Shown here: positions 1 to 14,919 of the stretch, piece by piece
Layout: the number at the start of each line of letters is the position of its first letter
How positions within the stretch are numbered: position 1 is the first letter of the stretch
Origin: Balanoglossus misakiensis
Taxonomy: Eukaryota; Animalia; Hemichordata
Direction of reading: 5' to 3'
Length of the DNA stretch: 64,000 nucleotides
Assembly: GCA_040954595.2 (NCBI GenBank)
Contig: CM082597.2
Span: forward strand, 7,217,849-7,281,848
Program-made: the position numbers and the translations under genes
Notes under the pieces: generated by a model
Seen by the model: the letters and a program-made list of their open reading frames with translations, nothing else
What the model was told of the DNA's origin: nothing
The model's database searches: none

Positions 1-1365
1 GCCCTATTTGCAATGATCCTGCACGGTCACAACTGCTCAAATTTGCTATTGGCATTGCGAATGGAATGGAGCATCTTGCATCAAACAAGGTACTGTAATC
101 TACAGGTGGACACCCTAGATATGATGATTGATGATGATGATGGTAATGATGATAATGATCATGATGATAACACTTGTTGCTATCAAAAGATGATAATACC
201 ATTGTTAAGTTTTCATTATATATTTAGGTTGTCCATCGATATCTAGCAGCCAGAAACATCTTGATGTTTGAAGGAGGAATTTGCAAATTGTCAAATTTTA
301 GCTATGCAAGTGGGGTCATTGACGATAATTTGTTCTTTGAAATCGGTGAGGTGAGTTGTACATTTATCACCACAGCCAAATCCCAATGTGAAGGTGTGTA
401 ATAAACTCTCAGCAATATATAATGAAGAGTCACATTTTCCAATATCATGGTTATATGGGATTGGATCAAAAAGCTGGCCATGGTGTAGTAAGGTGATGAT
501 GGTGGTGGTGGTGGTGGTGTTGATGATGATGATGATGATGGTGATGGTGATGATGATGATGATGGTGATGATAATGATGGTGGTGGTGATGATGATGATG
601 TCATTGTTTTAAGGATAAATTCCTCTACAAGTGGATGGCAGTGGAGTCACTACTCAAACATCAGGTCACCTCAGCATCTGACGTTTGGTCTTTTGGCGTT
701 GTGTTGTGGGAGATATTTTCTCTTTGTAAGTACGCTTCCGAATTCTATACTTACACATTTAGTTACAGTTTGACGTGTCTTTTATGTGTGCTCGATTCGA
801 GTTATAATAAGGTATTGTAAAGCCGTATAAAACTTTTTTGTTCAACTTGAAATATTATTACATCATTTTTATGTATTGTGTACAGGTAAAGTGCCATATA
901 AACACACGTCGCAGAGTGATCTAATCTCTCTGTTTGAGAAGGGAAATCGAATGATGAAACCTACTAGCTGTGAAGATGAAATGTAAGATTTTCCCCTGCT
1001 CCTGTATTATCGTGTTTGTCAGCTCAAGGAATATGGAATTCGACTATTTTGTGTCCCCATTTTCTAACATGCATATCCAAGTTCGCCATTTACCCATTGT
1101 ACAATCCCCACCATGTAATGTAGCTACATTTGGTTGACATTTTACAATTTGTTATGTGCCAGATGATAAAAATATTAGTATCAATCCTGCTCGTCTACAC
1201 ATTAATGTTAAATGTTAGATTAAACTCATGTGTGTTTTCAATAATTGAATGATTTTGGTTTCTCCCAGATATGAACTGATATTAGCTTGTTGGAAGACAA
1301 GCCCAGAGGCCAGACCTACGTTCTCAGCAATTCATGAACAACTGCAAGATCTCAGCTACAAGTAG
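1..1365 (+). CDS. 3' part (kinase-fold exons) of receptor tyrosine pseudokinase, tandem copy A; gene begins upstream of window
   Basis: Exons ~1-89, 228-350 ([29 protein letters not shown]), 614-725 ([37 protein letters not shown]), 886-982, 1269-1365 ([31 protein letters not shown]), GT-AG boundaries; near-identical to 14368-15753. Confidence 0.9.
495..600. repeat. (GAT/GGT)n microsatellite in kinase intron; longer counterpart at ~14860-14990
   Basis: Trinucleotide runs visible directly. Confidence 0.95.
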
Positions 1366-4300
1366 GATGTAAGTCAGTTCTTGTATATAATGATATGTCT
1401 GCCACTGTAAAACTCAACTGCAGGGATAAAATCAGCTTTAAGAGGCAACCTTTTGGAACGTCTGCGGATTATAAAGCCTCTGGTAGGGGTGTGGTTTTGC
1501 TCGATCAGTTTGGTGTGAACTGTGCGATGATTTAGCTTGTTTTAAACATATATGGCTCTAAGTGAATGTGAGTCAAGAGCCAGTGGCATATGCCTTTTAA
1601 AGTTTTTTTTTTCATTGTATTAAAACAGGTTTGATTCACCTGCCATCCACATCAATGGCACCACCAAGTTTGTGTAAAAAACCTCTGGCTGAAACATCGT
1701 TGGAGTTAAGAAAGATGTCTGCTATGTAATACATATGCCAACCACCTGAATGTGGCTTATTGTTTGAAACATTGTATATCTCAGCTGCTACTAATAGCTA
1801 AACATGCGCATGATAAAATGTACTTGAACTCTGGCTTACACTCCTACGTTTTAAAGTTGGAATGCACGGCAGACATACAAGACAGGTTTTTGTGGCCTCG
1901 CAAATGTGTAAAAATAATGTTGATTGAAAGATAATTAATATGTACCAGAAAGAACAATTCTGCTCTCAGTGTCTCAATGTCCATTCACTGGTAAATAACT
2001 GAACCACCCAGAAAATTAATATCCATCAGTTTACAGTTTAAACGTAAACAAAACAAAATACACCGCTGGGTATGATCGACCTCAAACCAACAAATTTCAA
2101 GTACACCCTCTAACCACTGAAGTCTAATCTTATCCGTTGCTGTTTTTCTAGCGACTCTAATCAAACGAAGACCTTACTTATGTCACATTTGCTTCAGTTC
2201 AAAAATACTGCGAAAAAAATGTATTGAATAATCACCGCTGACGTTAGCGTTTGGTAGATTTCTTTATACTGCATAACATTGAAACAATAAACTACTCTAT
2301 AACAAGATACTCTTCAGACCTTTTTAAAAATATTACTCAGTATAGTTTATTTGGAACAATTTACTTAACTAAAACCCACGTCATTATAGTAAAAAATAAT
2401 ACCTTAGTAATACTTTTAAACTTTCCATAGGAATATTGTTCTCTCACAATGTTCGGTGTATGGAAGATGTAATGGTCAATGACCAGCTGTTTACGTCACG
2501 TGATATCAAAAGTAGTCACCAATCAACTACAGTTTTGTATATTGCATTGTAAGAGCCTTGTTACCTAAAGAGTCCCAAGTTTTACCTTACTTATTTGTAA
2601 TTTAGATACATATATTCAGACCTTACTGCTACTGACATTTTCTGTGGCAAAAACAAACGGATGAACAGGAACTCATAGCATTCACAATCTTGAGGATAAA
2701 ATCACCCACAGATTATTCTTGCAAGTCATCTTGATTGGTCATTGTTCCTAATCCAGGATATCCGATTGACATTAAGGAAGAATATACAAGATATATTTTA
2801 TCACTTATGTAACCTATTGCCATAAACAATTTTGACACACACATCTAGTACACAAATTGTAGATTTGAATAAAAGTCATGCTGTTTTATCAACTGAGGGG
2901 TTTGAGTTTGTTACAATTTCGCCTTTTTGACCTTTACACCTACAAACAATTGACAGAGAGTCAGAAAATGTTAAGGAGGGATGAATGAACAGTTTATCAT
3001 GTCACAAAGTATAGGTCAGTCATCAATAGATAAAGTCCATGACTTCATCGCCACTGTTTTCCGAGGACTGAATCTTGTGTTTATATGCGATATCAACTCG
3101 TTGAAAGTATCTATTACATGCGGCGGGGTCACGATTTGGCTTAGTGCAGAAGCAGCACAGAGTATGAATACTGGATAATTTGACCATTGTTTCGGAAACA
3201 AATGGTTTGGCAAGAACATGCACTTACTTACTTAATCCACTAAATCCGTGGATGGGGCACACAGATTAAGTCGTTAGCAGGTGCTTAATGGGAAATGTGA
3301 TAGCTTTTATTCTGGATTAGCAACTGATAAGACAGGTGGAGGTAACACAGAAAAATAAACAAGCACAAAGATTGTTCATCAAGTAATGTTTATTGGGGGA
3401 AAATGCAGGAACTCCGCCATTTATAACTTTCATGTTTGCAGCCCCCTGTGATCTCATGAAATGCTACTATTCCCTGATTCTCAGACTGAGACACCCTATA
3501 GCAGGAGAAACTGTCAATATCCACGACTGGGGCGGAGCTTGTATCATGTGGGCTTCTTTCATGTATACTGACACCCCTGGACATCGGACCAAAGGGATTC
3601 GACACATGGCGGTAGAACTGAGAGCATCGTGCTCTTGGTTGTGTTGATTTGAATTCGTACTTTACCTCTATCTTTCTTATATTTTCGTTCAAAACTTTCT
3701 CCGCGTTTGTGGGAACATTTTATCTGTAACCTCTGAGAGTTTTAGTTCTCTACGGATAGTAATTCCGAGGTTTTCTTGGTATTTGTGTGAGCGCAACACT
3801 CAGGTCGGTCGGCAGTTCATACTGCATTTTCCAGCACATGTCTTAGCGCACGTTCTGCCGTGCGCAATGTAAATCGAACCAGGACTTGTAACGGACCGGT
3901 CTACGCCGTCAAGGCTCGATCGTGCTACGTTTACGCTACCGTTGATTGCCTGTTTGGTCCAATGTTCGTCATTCACTAAGGTTTGGCAATTTTAGGGACC
4001 TCAGTCCGACATAGTTTCCGTTACAATACATTGAACGCCCTCGCAATCCCACTGGCGGGGTTATACTAAGCATATATGCGTCATTTAAATGGATGACTAT
4101 TTCCTTTTTTTATTTTCTCTTTTCTTGAGAAACCCACATGTTAGCATTAGAAATAGCTTCTCGAGAATTAAACTCTCTGACAGACTTTTGCAAAATAGGA
4201 AATATTTCATTATAACTCCTCACTTTCAGTTTGAATCTCAACTCATAAGCAGACGACATTGCCAGGTCAACACAGGAATGTTTATATGTCACCCCAATAA

Positions 4301-4410
4301 ACAAAACAGTTTTCAAGTACACTCACGTGGTCTTAAAGTGGTGCCAACCTGCTTATCACTCTCTCGGTGCTAACTGGAAATACTGTTTCGATATATTGTT
4401 AGAACACAGC

Positions 4411-4648
4411 TAGACTAGCCCACTAATCGCTTGGTGATTTTTAAATCTCAATACTTGTTGTGTTTTCGGTGTTTCTTTGTCTTAATAAATAATTTCAATA
4501 CTTGTTTTGCGTGCATGCTTGCCTTGAGCGTGTTTTTGGTAGTGAGGTGAGTTTCGAATTTGGGACTGAGCTTGTGGTTTCGGGTAGCGTCGACCAAGCC
4601 TACGCGTTCCCTACACATAATGAAGCCCATAGACTTGGAGCAAGTCTA
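4411..4648. mobile_element. Small non-autonomous DNA transposon (Mutator-like MITE)
   Basis: Termini TAGACTAGC...GCAAGTCTA flanked by a 9-bp direct repeat GAACACAGC (4402-4410, 4649-4657). Confidence 0.65.
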
Positions 4649-5884
4649 GAACACAGCTAAAATAGGAGCGTATAAATTAAGATATGTCTGGGGCAATGTA
4701 CTGGCAGTAGATGAAATTATTTTGTTTGAAGGAGATATAGAACTGGGGAAATTAGGGTAATGACTTTACAATGTGAAAATTCCAAATGAATTCATTGTAC
4801 AGGATCAGTAATCTGCCAGCGATATTCTAAGCCGGCCATATTCTACTAACAAGTTGACAAAGGGTCACATGTAAAGCAGAGCTCTACTTATCTGATTGTA
4901 GTTTCGTTACGTGTCAACAGTTTATATATCAGATCGGAAAACTATATTAATAAATGACCAACGCGGCTGTTGTGGGTGGCAACGTCCAGAGAAATCAGTG
5001 CTCCACCGGCCTAAGAGAATAGCATATCTTTATTGCGTTATTGTTTAGATACCTAACATCAAAACAGAATACAGTTTGAAAGCCAACATATTAAGGCCTA
5101 CACAGTGTGAGGGCTGTTGTTTTTGACATTCCTTTAGTTTAGTTGAACTTTATTGGATTTGTGGCAATCAAAACTCGTTTTATGTGACTCATTGTTTGAT
5201 TAAGGTCACCGTTGTTTCGGTTTGTAGAGGAAAAATGATAAGCGATATCAACACATAGGTATTTTTATTGCTACTGACATTCCTCCACACTCTGTCTAAA
5301 TCTGCAAAGAGCATATTCATTTACATACACCGACGACGAAATATCGTTTACATGTATTGACCACTGTACTCTGACAAGGCGAGAAGCTAACAGTTTCCGT
5401 GAAAGCAGTGAAATTTTGGTGAGTCTCCATGTTTCTTGTATAATTTCAACAGCTCACTGTGCCAATGCAATACGATTTTCCATTCCTGATTTTTTCTAGA
5501 AACCCGCGTGTAACAATATTGTATCGTTAGATCTTAGCACGAAGCAGTCGCCCACCCGTTTCAACTCCTCGACTGTTATGTTCGCGATATAAAAACCCCG
5601 CGTGCTCTTATGGTGAATAATATCTCAAGTGCCAATTTAAGATTAATCAACATGTGCATGGCTTTTGGTGCAGTAGATGCACAGTGCATACGTGCCATGA
5701 GAAACATTAATGGTCGTCTGTACTGTTAGGTGAGACAACATTTTATACCTTTGACCAGCGGAGGGCATTTTTTTCCAGAGCCCAGGGTAAATGAGAATAT
5801 ATACACAAACTCACAACTAAAGTGCATTATTACGGTTGTGTACAATTTTATTACTTTATTTTACGCTTTATGAAATCAACAGCT

Positions 5885-6110
5885 ATGGTAGCTATTGAAC
5901 GTTGGCGATCAAGTTCGATTATAATGAAGGAAACACGATTTATCAGTGCACCAACGTGTGTCGCCATTATTGTATTCGTATATCAAGTCTCGTGTGCAGG
6001 TAAGAAATCAGGTAATCGCATACTATTGATCATGTTTTCATGGAAAAGAGATACAGAGAGAGACAGAGAGAGAGGCAGAAAGAGAGTGAGAGACAGACAG
6101 GCAGACAAGC

Positions 6111-6145
<35 letters not shown>

Positions 6146-9100
6146 GGCTGATTCTACTGCCAGAAGGCCTGTACTACAGCATTCAAGTATAACACCACTA
6201 AAATGGGGTTTCGATATTATTCACAATATACATCAAAATGTTGACGATAACGCATATTAATTAAGATAATTCTTCGGGTTTCCCTTTATGTAGCTCTAGA
6301 GCAACCATCCTGGGAGGTTAAACCAGTGGACACAATTGTCAAGGAAGGAGAAGAATTGTTGCTAAAGTGTTCTGTAAAGTCTACCTCGACTCAACTTCCT
6401 GGTTGGAGGACGGTGCCCAGGACCGGTAGTGATATCAAGATTGTACAAAACGGCACTTCCTACGAGGAATGTTGTAGTGTCGTAGGTGACAGATCAAACG
6501 GGGAAGTCAACTTGCTCGTCCACAATGCCTCAACGCAACATCAGGGGAAATATTTATGTACATATCCTAATCTACCGAACGCTGTGGCTGAAGTTACTTT
6601 CATTGGTAAGGTTTTGCCATTCCACTCGGTTTGGTCTTAACGCGTAGCAAAGAACACTTCACTGAATCCTATTCAGACCGGATAATACATATTATTACAT
6701 ATGTACCGTCGATTACTTGCACCGAGCGCGCGCGTAACATCGGTATTTGCACTTAGTGCAATACCAAAAACATTATGCCATACCTGTATGCAAATGAGTT
6801 TGTTACCGGAACTACCTTTTGGTTGTAAACAAATCGTCTACCTCACAGATCGGTCAACCCTGGCGTGACTGTTTCAATGGGTTTAGGTTTACGCAAAGGA
6901 AGGTTACACGGACCAAAACTATATAGCTGTTATTGGCGGGAAATAAATTTATTTTTTATTTCAATGCGAACGAGGAAACACCAGCACAACCGCATCGCAT
7001 CATCGTCGCATCAGACGCCGTCGTCGGGCGTTGCAATGTCAATATACAAAAGCCGTCCCAGGCCACGCATTGACCGATTCGGACGATGAATGGCTCGTGA
7101 AATATTATTTCGGGACTTCCGTGTGGTGACGTTTTTAATAGTTTTGAACGTTTTGCTTGTATGTGACATTGGGCATTCTTGAGACGTTACGATTTCATCG
7201 TCTGACACTCGCAGTTTCGTGTTTGTAGCATACTAATGCCGTCATCTCGTCAAAATCGCGATCGTTCAGGTTGGTTTGTTCATGCGAAGGACGGCACCTA
7301 GAGTAGATTTTTTACAATTCGTGCCTTACGTGGGGTTTCAATTTTCCGATTTTTCACAGTATACATGTATTTATCTTGTATTATCGTTTAATTCCACCGC
7401 CACAGCGATTTATACATTACTAGATGCCGCGGTACTTGTTGTATGACCCCGGCCTGTGACCCGTAAACAAGTAAACAACATTGTCCAATCAAAGATGGGG
7501 GTGTGGTGTTACTGGCCAATGAAAATTTTGATGACGTAATCGTACTGTGGCCTGTTCACGAAACAAGCAATATCATTCCGCGGTCTCATTTCTTTCATTT
7601 TCGGTCTTTTTTTCAAAATGGGATGAACATATGTAATAATAACAGAACCCCATGGCTCAATCGTGCAAGCACGGCGTACCGGTAGTATCTGCACTCGTGC
7701 TGGCGGTGTATTCTTGCTGCTCCCCGCACGAGCTGTCGCTCGTGCGGGGGACGGGCGCAAGAATACACCGCCAGACACTCGATGCAAATACTACCGTTAC
7801 GCCGTGCTTGCACGATCGAGCCATTGGGTTCTGTCATAATCTTCCAGGTATTGATGAACCAGAATGCTCTAGGATTTCCGGTTTGGGACCAAACGACGAA
7901 GTGGTTGTCGGAAGTACAATTTCCTTGCAGTGCCATGTTACAACAAAAGCTGTTGTACCACCAGGTGAACTTGTGTGGAATCGGAATGAACAGGAGATCA
8001 AACGTGGGAAAGGAAGTCAATTACATTACGAGTTCACGATATCCAAAGATGATCATGGGATTCCCTTTAGTTGCAGCCTGGTACACCGTGACAGTACTGG
8101 ATCCCCTTGGACTTGTTCAAACCCTATAATACCAAATGTACAATGTATGTAAAGTATATGCTATTTTATATAAATGAATGCAGTATAATTCTCACCTCTA
8201 GGGCTTAATTTATTTCCATTCTTTTTAAGTTGCCAGTAATTTACGTTGACTGTTAGTTTAATTATATATATGCATCATGTAATACTCCAGTTTGTTAAAG
8301 TTTTTGTTGTTAAGACACCTAGATGAATACAAATTTTCAATACATTCAACCAATTGAAAGTAAATGACACATTCATTGGTCTTAACATAAATATTTTAAA
8401 TAATTTAGATCCACCGACTGCATCATCTCCATCTTCAATATGTGTTAAGAAGGGCGAAGACCTCAGAATTCGTTGTGAGTTTACACCGGGCAATCCGCCG
8501 AAGACATCAATTGCGTGGAAACGAAGAGGTGATGAAAGACCAGAGACTGGAAATCCATTAGTTATCAGGAACATACAACCAGGACCTAACAACTTCCATA
8601 TCTACACATGCACTGTAAGCAACGTGTACTATGATGGAAGAACAGGACTTGGTACTAGCGATACTACGATTTATGTTCAGTGTAAGTTTTTAGAGGTGGA
8701 ATTAGCATAGACGTGATGGTTTAATATTTGTGTATTATCGCATATCCCAAATCAGGCCCCCAAGTAACCCTGTTGGTAAACCTCTCATATTCACACAGGA
8801 TCATGCCAGGTCCATCCACCCATCAAGGTCATATCTGGCAATTTCTAGACTAATATTCACGATATTAAAGCTGCATCGGTTGCTCTGGTCACACTCACAA
8901 AGATTTAAACCTGGATACAACTATTTCTTTTTAAAGTTACTGAAGGTTCCAGACAACAAACTAGACAGTATTCATTTTTAAGCTATTTCTTTTACTTTTA
9001 CATAAACCTGTATTTAAACCCTTTGTGGCCCTTTGATGCTCTCCGTCGTACACCGTATGGTATCTTAACACCCGATGAACCAAAATAAATTCTTGCCAAA

Positions 9101-11431
9101 TCGATTCACAAATGCACTCATATTCTTATTTTCCAACATAATCTGACGGGGATCCAGAGGTTTTTGACGCACGTCTACAGTGCAAAGTTGACCTTATCCA
9201 ATACATGTACGTCGATCATAAATAACATGGGTATGTTGGCCGTATCATTAGCGAAATATTGTCTGATGTCATTTCATCAATACGATTGTATTGTCTTGTC
9301 CTTTCCATAGCCAATCCAACAGTGGTCACACCAGTGGTATACCAAGTAAAAGAGGGCTCTGACGCAAGTCTTCAATGTAATGTGTCTGCAATCCCGGCTG
9401 CCGATGAAAGAAAATGGATATCTCCTCTCGGAACAGTGACAATAAATGAAATGTTAACAATTCGAAACGTACGAAGGAGGGATGCTGGTTTTTACAACTG
9501 CACAGCCAGGAACACTTTTTGCAACGATATAGGAGGCTATGGATATGGATCAAATGTGACATATATGGATATACTGTGTAAGTTTGGCGAATTTTCGATT
9601 CTTCGCGATTCTCCTGTTTCTAGAAAGTAAAGATAAAACTGCATTTTGCTGTTATTTTGTTTTGACTGAACTTTTACAATTGATCTCTTGGATTATAAAA
9701 CTGAAGCAAATCCACCAACCTTGTCCCTATAAACAGAATCTTATTATATCTGTGCCTTTTGACAGTTAAACCAGATCACGTCTCTTTAACTGGAGGTCAT
9801 CCTGTGAAGTATGGGGAACATCTCACCCTCACGTGTACAACAAGTAAAAGCAATCCGGAATCGTCAATAAGATGGTACAAGAATGGTTCGCCTATAATTT
9901 TGAAGAATGAGAGTATGAACATCACTACAGTAATCGAAGAGACGATTGGTTCCAAGGGATTTATATCAAAGCAGCACTTACGGATCAGAGTTAAACCGGA
10001 GGACAATTCAATGAAGATGAAGTGCTCGGCTCGGAATCCAAAGTTCACTGAGGACGAAAAATTCTCCGATGAAGTTTCTGTTTCATGTTACTGTATGTAA
10101 ACACATACGCACTTGATTTGATGGTTAATGATCCAGTTTAATTTCCCAATGGTCGTTATTACCGCACAACAATTTACTGTGCTTATTTTAAGGAAATGGA
10201 GGAAACATGAGTGAAAACTGCTCAGTCTTCACAGTTGCATTCCAAATATAACTTAAATGAAAAAGGAACCTTTTGAAGGTTGATATATGATGACAGTAGT
10301 AGCAATAATTTAGTCGTGTTTTCATGGTCTGACCATCTATAACCAGAAAATGTAATACTTTTCGATTGGTAGCTAACATCATTTGTTTTACAATAGTTTG
10401 AAGAACAGCATATCTTTCCAATGCTATAATTTATCGCCTTACCTGACAAACATTCGTTTCCTTTTTTAAATTTTTTTTGTCCACAGTTCCACCGAGTTAT
10501 CCAACAAATTGCACAACTGAGTTAAAGGTTTACTCGCCTAGAAATGCAAACATTTTCATGGCTGGTTCGTCTGTGACTTTACAGTGTGTGTCATGCAGCG
10601 GTAATCCAGCTGCAAATTTAATCTGGTACCTCGACAACACAAAAATCATACCTGCACATGATCCAAATTTCTACGCTGGACAATTCAGTGGAACAGTCAC
10701 AGTACAAAGTCACAAACTGGACCTGTCATATAAGCATCACGGAGCCACAATTTATTGTAATGCTGTAATAAGCCAATATTTCCCAGAGCCAGGGTTTCCT
10801 TCGGAGCCACTGTTGCTTCATGTCCAGTGTAAGTAAGATATTCTACATCATTAACATTGTGTCAACTTGTAGTATCTTGCGTTTTCATCCGAATGTACAT
10901 TGATTGTTCGATAACTTCTTTATTTCAGTACTATTGGTCTACGGCCATGAAGTACAAACATTAGCGATATATTGTGAGGATCGCTAGTAAATAACATTGT
11001 ATACAACAGTACAAACACTAAATTAATGTACATTGAATTAGATTACGTACTTAAAAACGGTATATAAGATCACATTTCTTGTTTTATCATTTAGACTCAC
11101 CAATTTTACTGAATCAACAAGAAACCAGAAAAGTAGCAGCGAATTTAGACGAGAATGCAGAGTTGACTTGCCAGGTCGATAGCAACCCCCCTTCAGCAAT
11201 AAAATGGTTCCACCAAGACGGAAACGAGACAATAGACCTCAGCGAACACCATTTCCAAGATGTGTTATCTGATACTGTCATCCACAGCACGCTACAAATA
11301 AAACATGTACGCAAACAGGACTATGGCTTTTATCACTGTCATGCTGTAAATTACGTTGGATTTATAAACGTTACCATCACTCTGCTTGCAAAGAGTAAGT
11401 GTATGTATGTATGTATGTATGTATGTATGTA

Positions 11432-11483
<52 letters not shown>

Positions 11484-11908
11484 CGTGTGTGTTTTCCGTA
11501 AGGCTTAAAACCATAAGCTTATTTTTAATTTGATTTCAAATCTGATTGTTTATGTCGTCAATTTATTTCTAGTAATCGAAAAGGCATTTGCTGTAAATCT
11601 GTATTTTTCTGTTTTATAGCTGTTCCAGAAAAAGCATCAGGTGTGAACACTACAACTACAGCAGACTCCATCTTGGTTTATTGGACACCCGGTTTTAATG
11701 GTGGGGACCCACAATCATTCTATGTTGAATGTGTTAACATTTTCACTGGCGAAGATCTTGTGATAAAGGCAACTAGCGAGAGGCAGCAAGTCATCGGAAA
11801 CCTTGATGCAGGGACGACGTACAACATAACAATAATAAGCAAAAACAGATTTGGAGAAACACGAAGTGAGACGACCGCTGTTACAACAGCAGGTATTCAA
11901 ACTTCCTG

Positions 11909-11956
<48 letters not shown>

Positions 11957-11961
11957 CTGTC

Positions 11962-11993
<32 letters not shown>

Positions 11994-14887
11994 CCTGTCT
12001 GTATGTATGTACGTATGTATGTATGTATGTGTGTATGTAGGTACTGAAGAACTTAATTGAAGAACTTTAATGAATTATATTACAGGTGGAAGAAATGAAA
12101 CAGTGACTGTCATTATCAACGATATTCCCGTTCAACTTGTCATTTATGTTTCATTTGGATGTTTCACTGGTGCAGTTGTACTAGTGCTATCGATAATTCT
12201 TATCAAGATAGCCAAAGCGAAATTTGCAGGCAAGCTAAACTAATTGATTATGCGTTTTTTACAGTCAGCTATCCATTTACAGTGTCATGGACATGGGATT
12301 AACGTGTGGATACGTCTGAGATATAATTTTTAGTGCTGACTACAATAAAATTACTGAACTATCGATTTGTGATGCTCTTGTATGGATTGTGAATTGTGTC
12401 ATGACAACGGGGCGTTAGGCTTGTTTCAGAAAGTAGAACTACACAAAACATATCAAAAATAGATTAATACCGAAAATAATGCCAGAAGATTGCAACTTTG
12501 TCACCATAACTTGTCACTTAATTTAACTGCATGTATGTTCTCGAGAGATAAGCGAATGACTCAAGTATTACCCTGTATTATCCAAATACTCGCTCTGTGA
12601 TTTGTTTACAGGAACACATTTATCTCATCAACACAGCTATGAGTCCATCAATGCAGGTAAGCTATGTATTAATCGTTGCTGATATAATGAAGTGTTAGGT
12701 TGAAATTAATTAAATGTTACTGTTGATGTTACTTATATTCTAAAAATTAAAATAATAAATTTGGGGTAAAACGTATATATTCCATCTAAAATTTACATAA
12801 TTATGCTACACTCCACCGATTACCTCACGGAATCAGAGCTGTAATGTTCATTTACAGTACAAATGAGTAAAACATTTTATTTTGTCTTCTCATTGGTTAG
12901 CACCATCTGCACAATTACGTCGATCAGGACTCAGCAGAGATCTGCGCAATCAGAATGATGACGATGTACGGGTATCAGGCGATTTTGAAATGATCCCATT
13001 GAGGAACGTAGATCAAGCTGTTGCAAACGAAGAATTGCCGTCGTCCGCTGATGAATCTGATGTAGATTCTGACAAAGTATTATATTTTGGTTGTCTCCAT
13101 TGCTGTATGCATGTCACATTTCTGGTCATTTATACTGGGTGCATGGACGTATATGTGTATGTATGTGTTTGTGTGTGTGTGTGTGTGTATTTTATAAATT
13201 TACTCTTCTCATGTTTTTGATTTTTATTTGTCATGTATCTGTATATCCGTTGTCTTGGAAGTCCCGGTGTAATTATATGATGTTAAAATACATCAAGAAA
13301 TCATCAATTGAAACGTATAAGAAACTAGGCAACTATGCCTTCGAATTTCCACGTGACCGGCTGCATATTACAAAAGTCATATCCACTGGTAAGCGCCACA
13401 AGATTGTCAAGTCGCACGCTTGGTTTATAGACGGTAAAGACGGACAAAGTGAAGTCGCTATCAAAATGATTAATGGTAAGGATATCAGCGAAATTGAGAA
13501 TGTCCATTCATAACTGTTTTGTCTTAATTGTTTGACTTTTAATTTGAACCTAATTTTTGAAATTCATTTGTCTCATTATTTCACAGATTCCATCACCCGC
13601 GGTAGAAACCATGAATACTTATCGAATGAATTGAAATTACTGAAGGGAATTCAAGTGCACGACAATATTACCAGACTGATTGGATACTGTAGTCTGGAAG
13701 GTGATAATGGGCAATGGTTTGTAATTTTCAGCGCGACTTAGCCCATGTGTCATTGACCCCCCTTTGTTAACAAAACCACTGGATGAATCTTGGGAATTCT
13801 TATCGACTTCGCGTGCAGAGTGCTTCAGCCATATCTCATTTCTTAAACACAGAGACAATGGAAAACCACCCATTCAGCATATATTAATACTTATCTTTAT
13901 GTACAACACACTTCAAAGCCTCATATATCACTAACACTCAATGTGAAAACTACTTTGACATCTTCAATGTGTCATACGTTTGGGTGACTGTATCAGAGTG
14001 TACACTCGCCCCCTGTCTGTGGTTAGAGCACCGCATGTATATTGTATTATCCAGTACCAATGGTTACTCGTGGATTATGTAATACGAACAAGGTTTTATA
14101 TTCATATCAGCAGACATGTAAATTGATGTTAACATTTCACACTGCTCTGTAGTTGTAAGTGTGTGTAACTGTTGCCTTTGTCTTGACTGTCTTGTGTCTT
14201 AAGTGAACCTTAAAAAGAAAACCAATAATTGCTCCAATCAAATGCAATGGCGAATTTATAATATTAAACATGCTTTCCTTATTTCAAAGAACCACTCTAC
14301 ATTATTCTGGAATACACACCTCTTGGAAACCTTCGAAGATATTTGCAAGCCAACCGTCAAACTCTTCGCCCTATTTGCAATGATCCTGCACGGTCACAAC
14401 TGCTCAAATTTTCTATTGGCATTGCGAATGGAATGGAGCATCTTGCATCAAACAAGGTACTGTAATCTACAGGTGGACACCCTAGATATGATGATTGATG
14501 ATGATGATGGTAATGATGATAATGATCACGATGATAACACTTGTTGCTATCAAAAGATGATAATACCATTGTTAAGTTTTCATTATATATTTAGGTTGTC
14601 CATCGATATCTAGCAGCCAGAAACATCTTGATGTTTGAAGGAGGAATTTGCAAATTGTCAAATTTTAGCTATGCAAGTGGGGTCATTGACGATAATTTGT
14701 TCTTTGAAATCGGTGAGGTGAGTTGTACATTTATCACCACAGCAAATTCCTAATGTGAAGGTGTGTAATAAAGTCTCAGCAATACATAATGAAGAGTCAC
14801 ATTTTCCAATATCACGGTTATATGGGATTGGATCAAAAAGCTGGCCATGGTGTAGTAAGGTGATGATGGTGGTGGTGGTGGTGGTGT

Positions 14888-14919
<32 letters not shown>

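Larger units (their letters stand above)
1..2897 (+). repeat. Segmental/tandem duplication, copy A (paralogous to 14368-17283)
   Basis: Position 1 aligns to 14368; similarity runs through introns and 3' region and stops at TATCAACTGAG (2897 / 17283). Period about 14.4 kb. Confidence 0.95.

Noticed and set aside
302-612. Poly-Ser/Pro and poly-Met ORFs (also 14658-15038, 37895-38477)
   Set aside because: Products of (GAT)n/(GGT)n intronic microsatellites.
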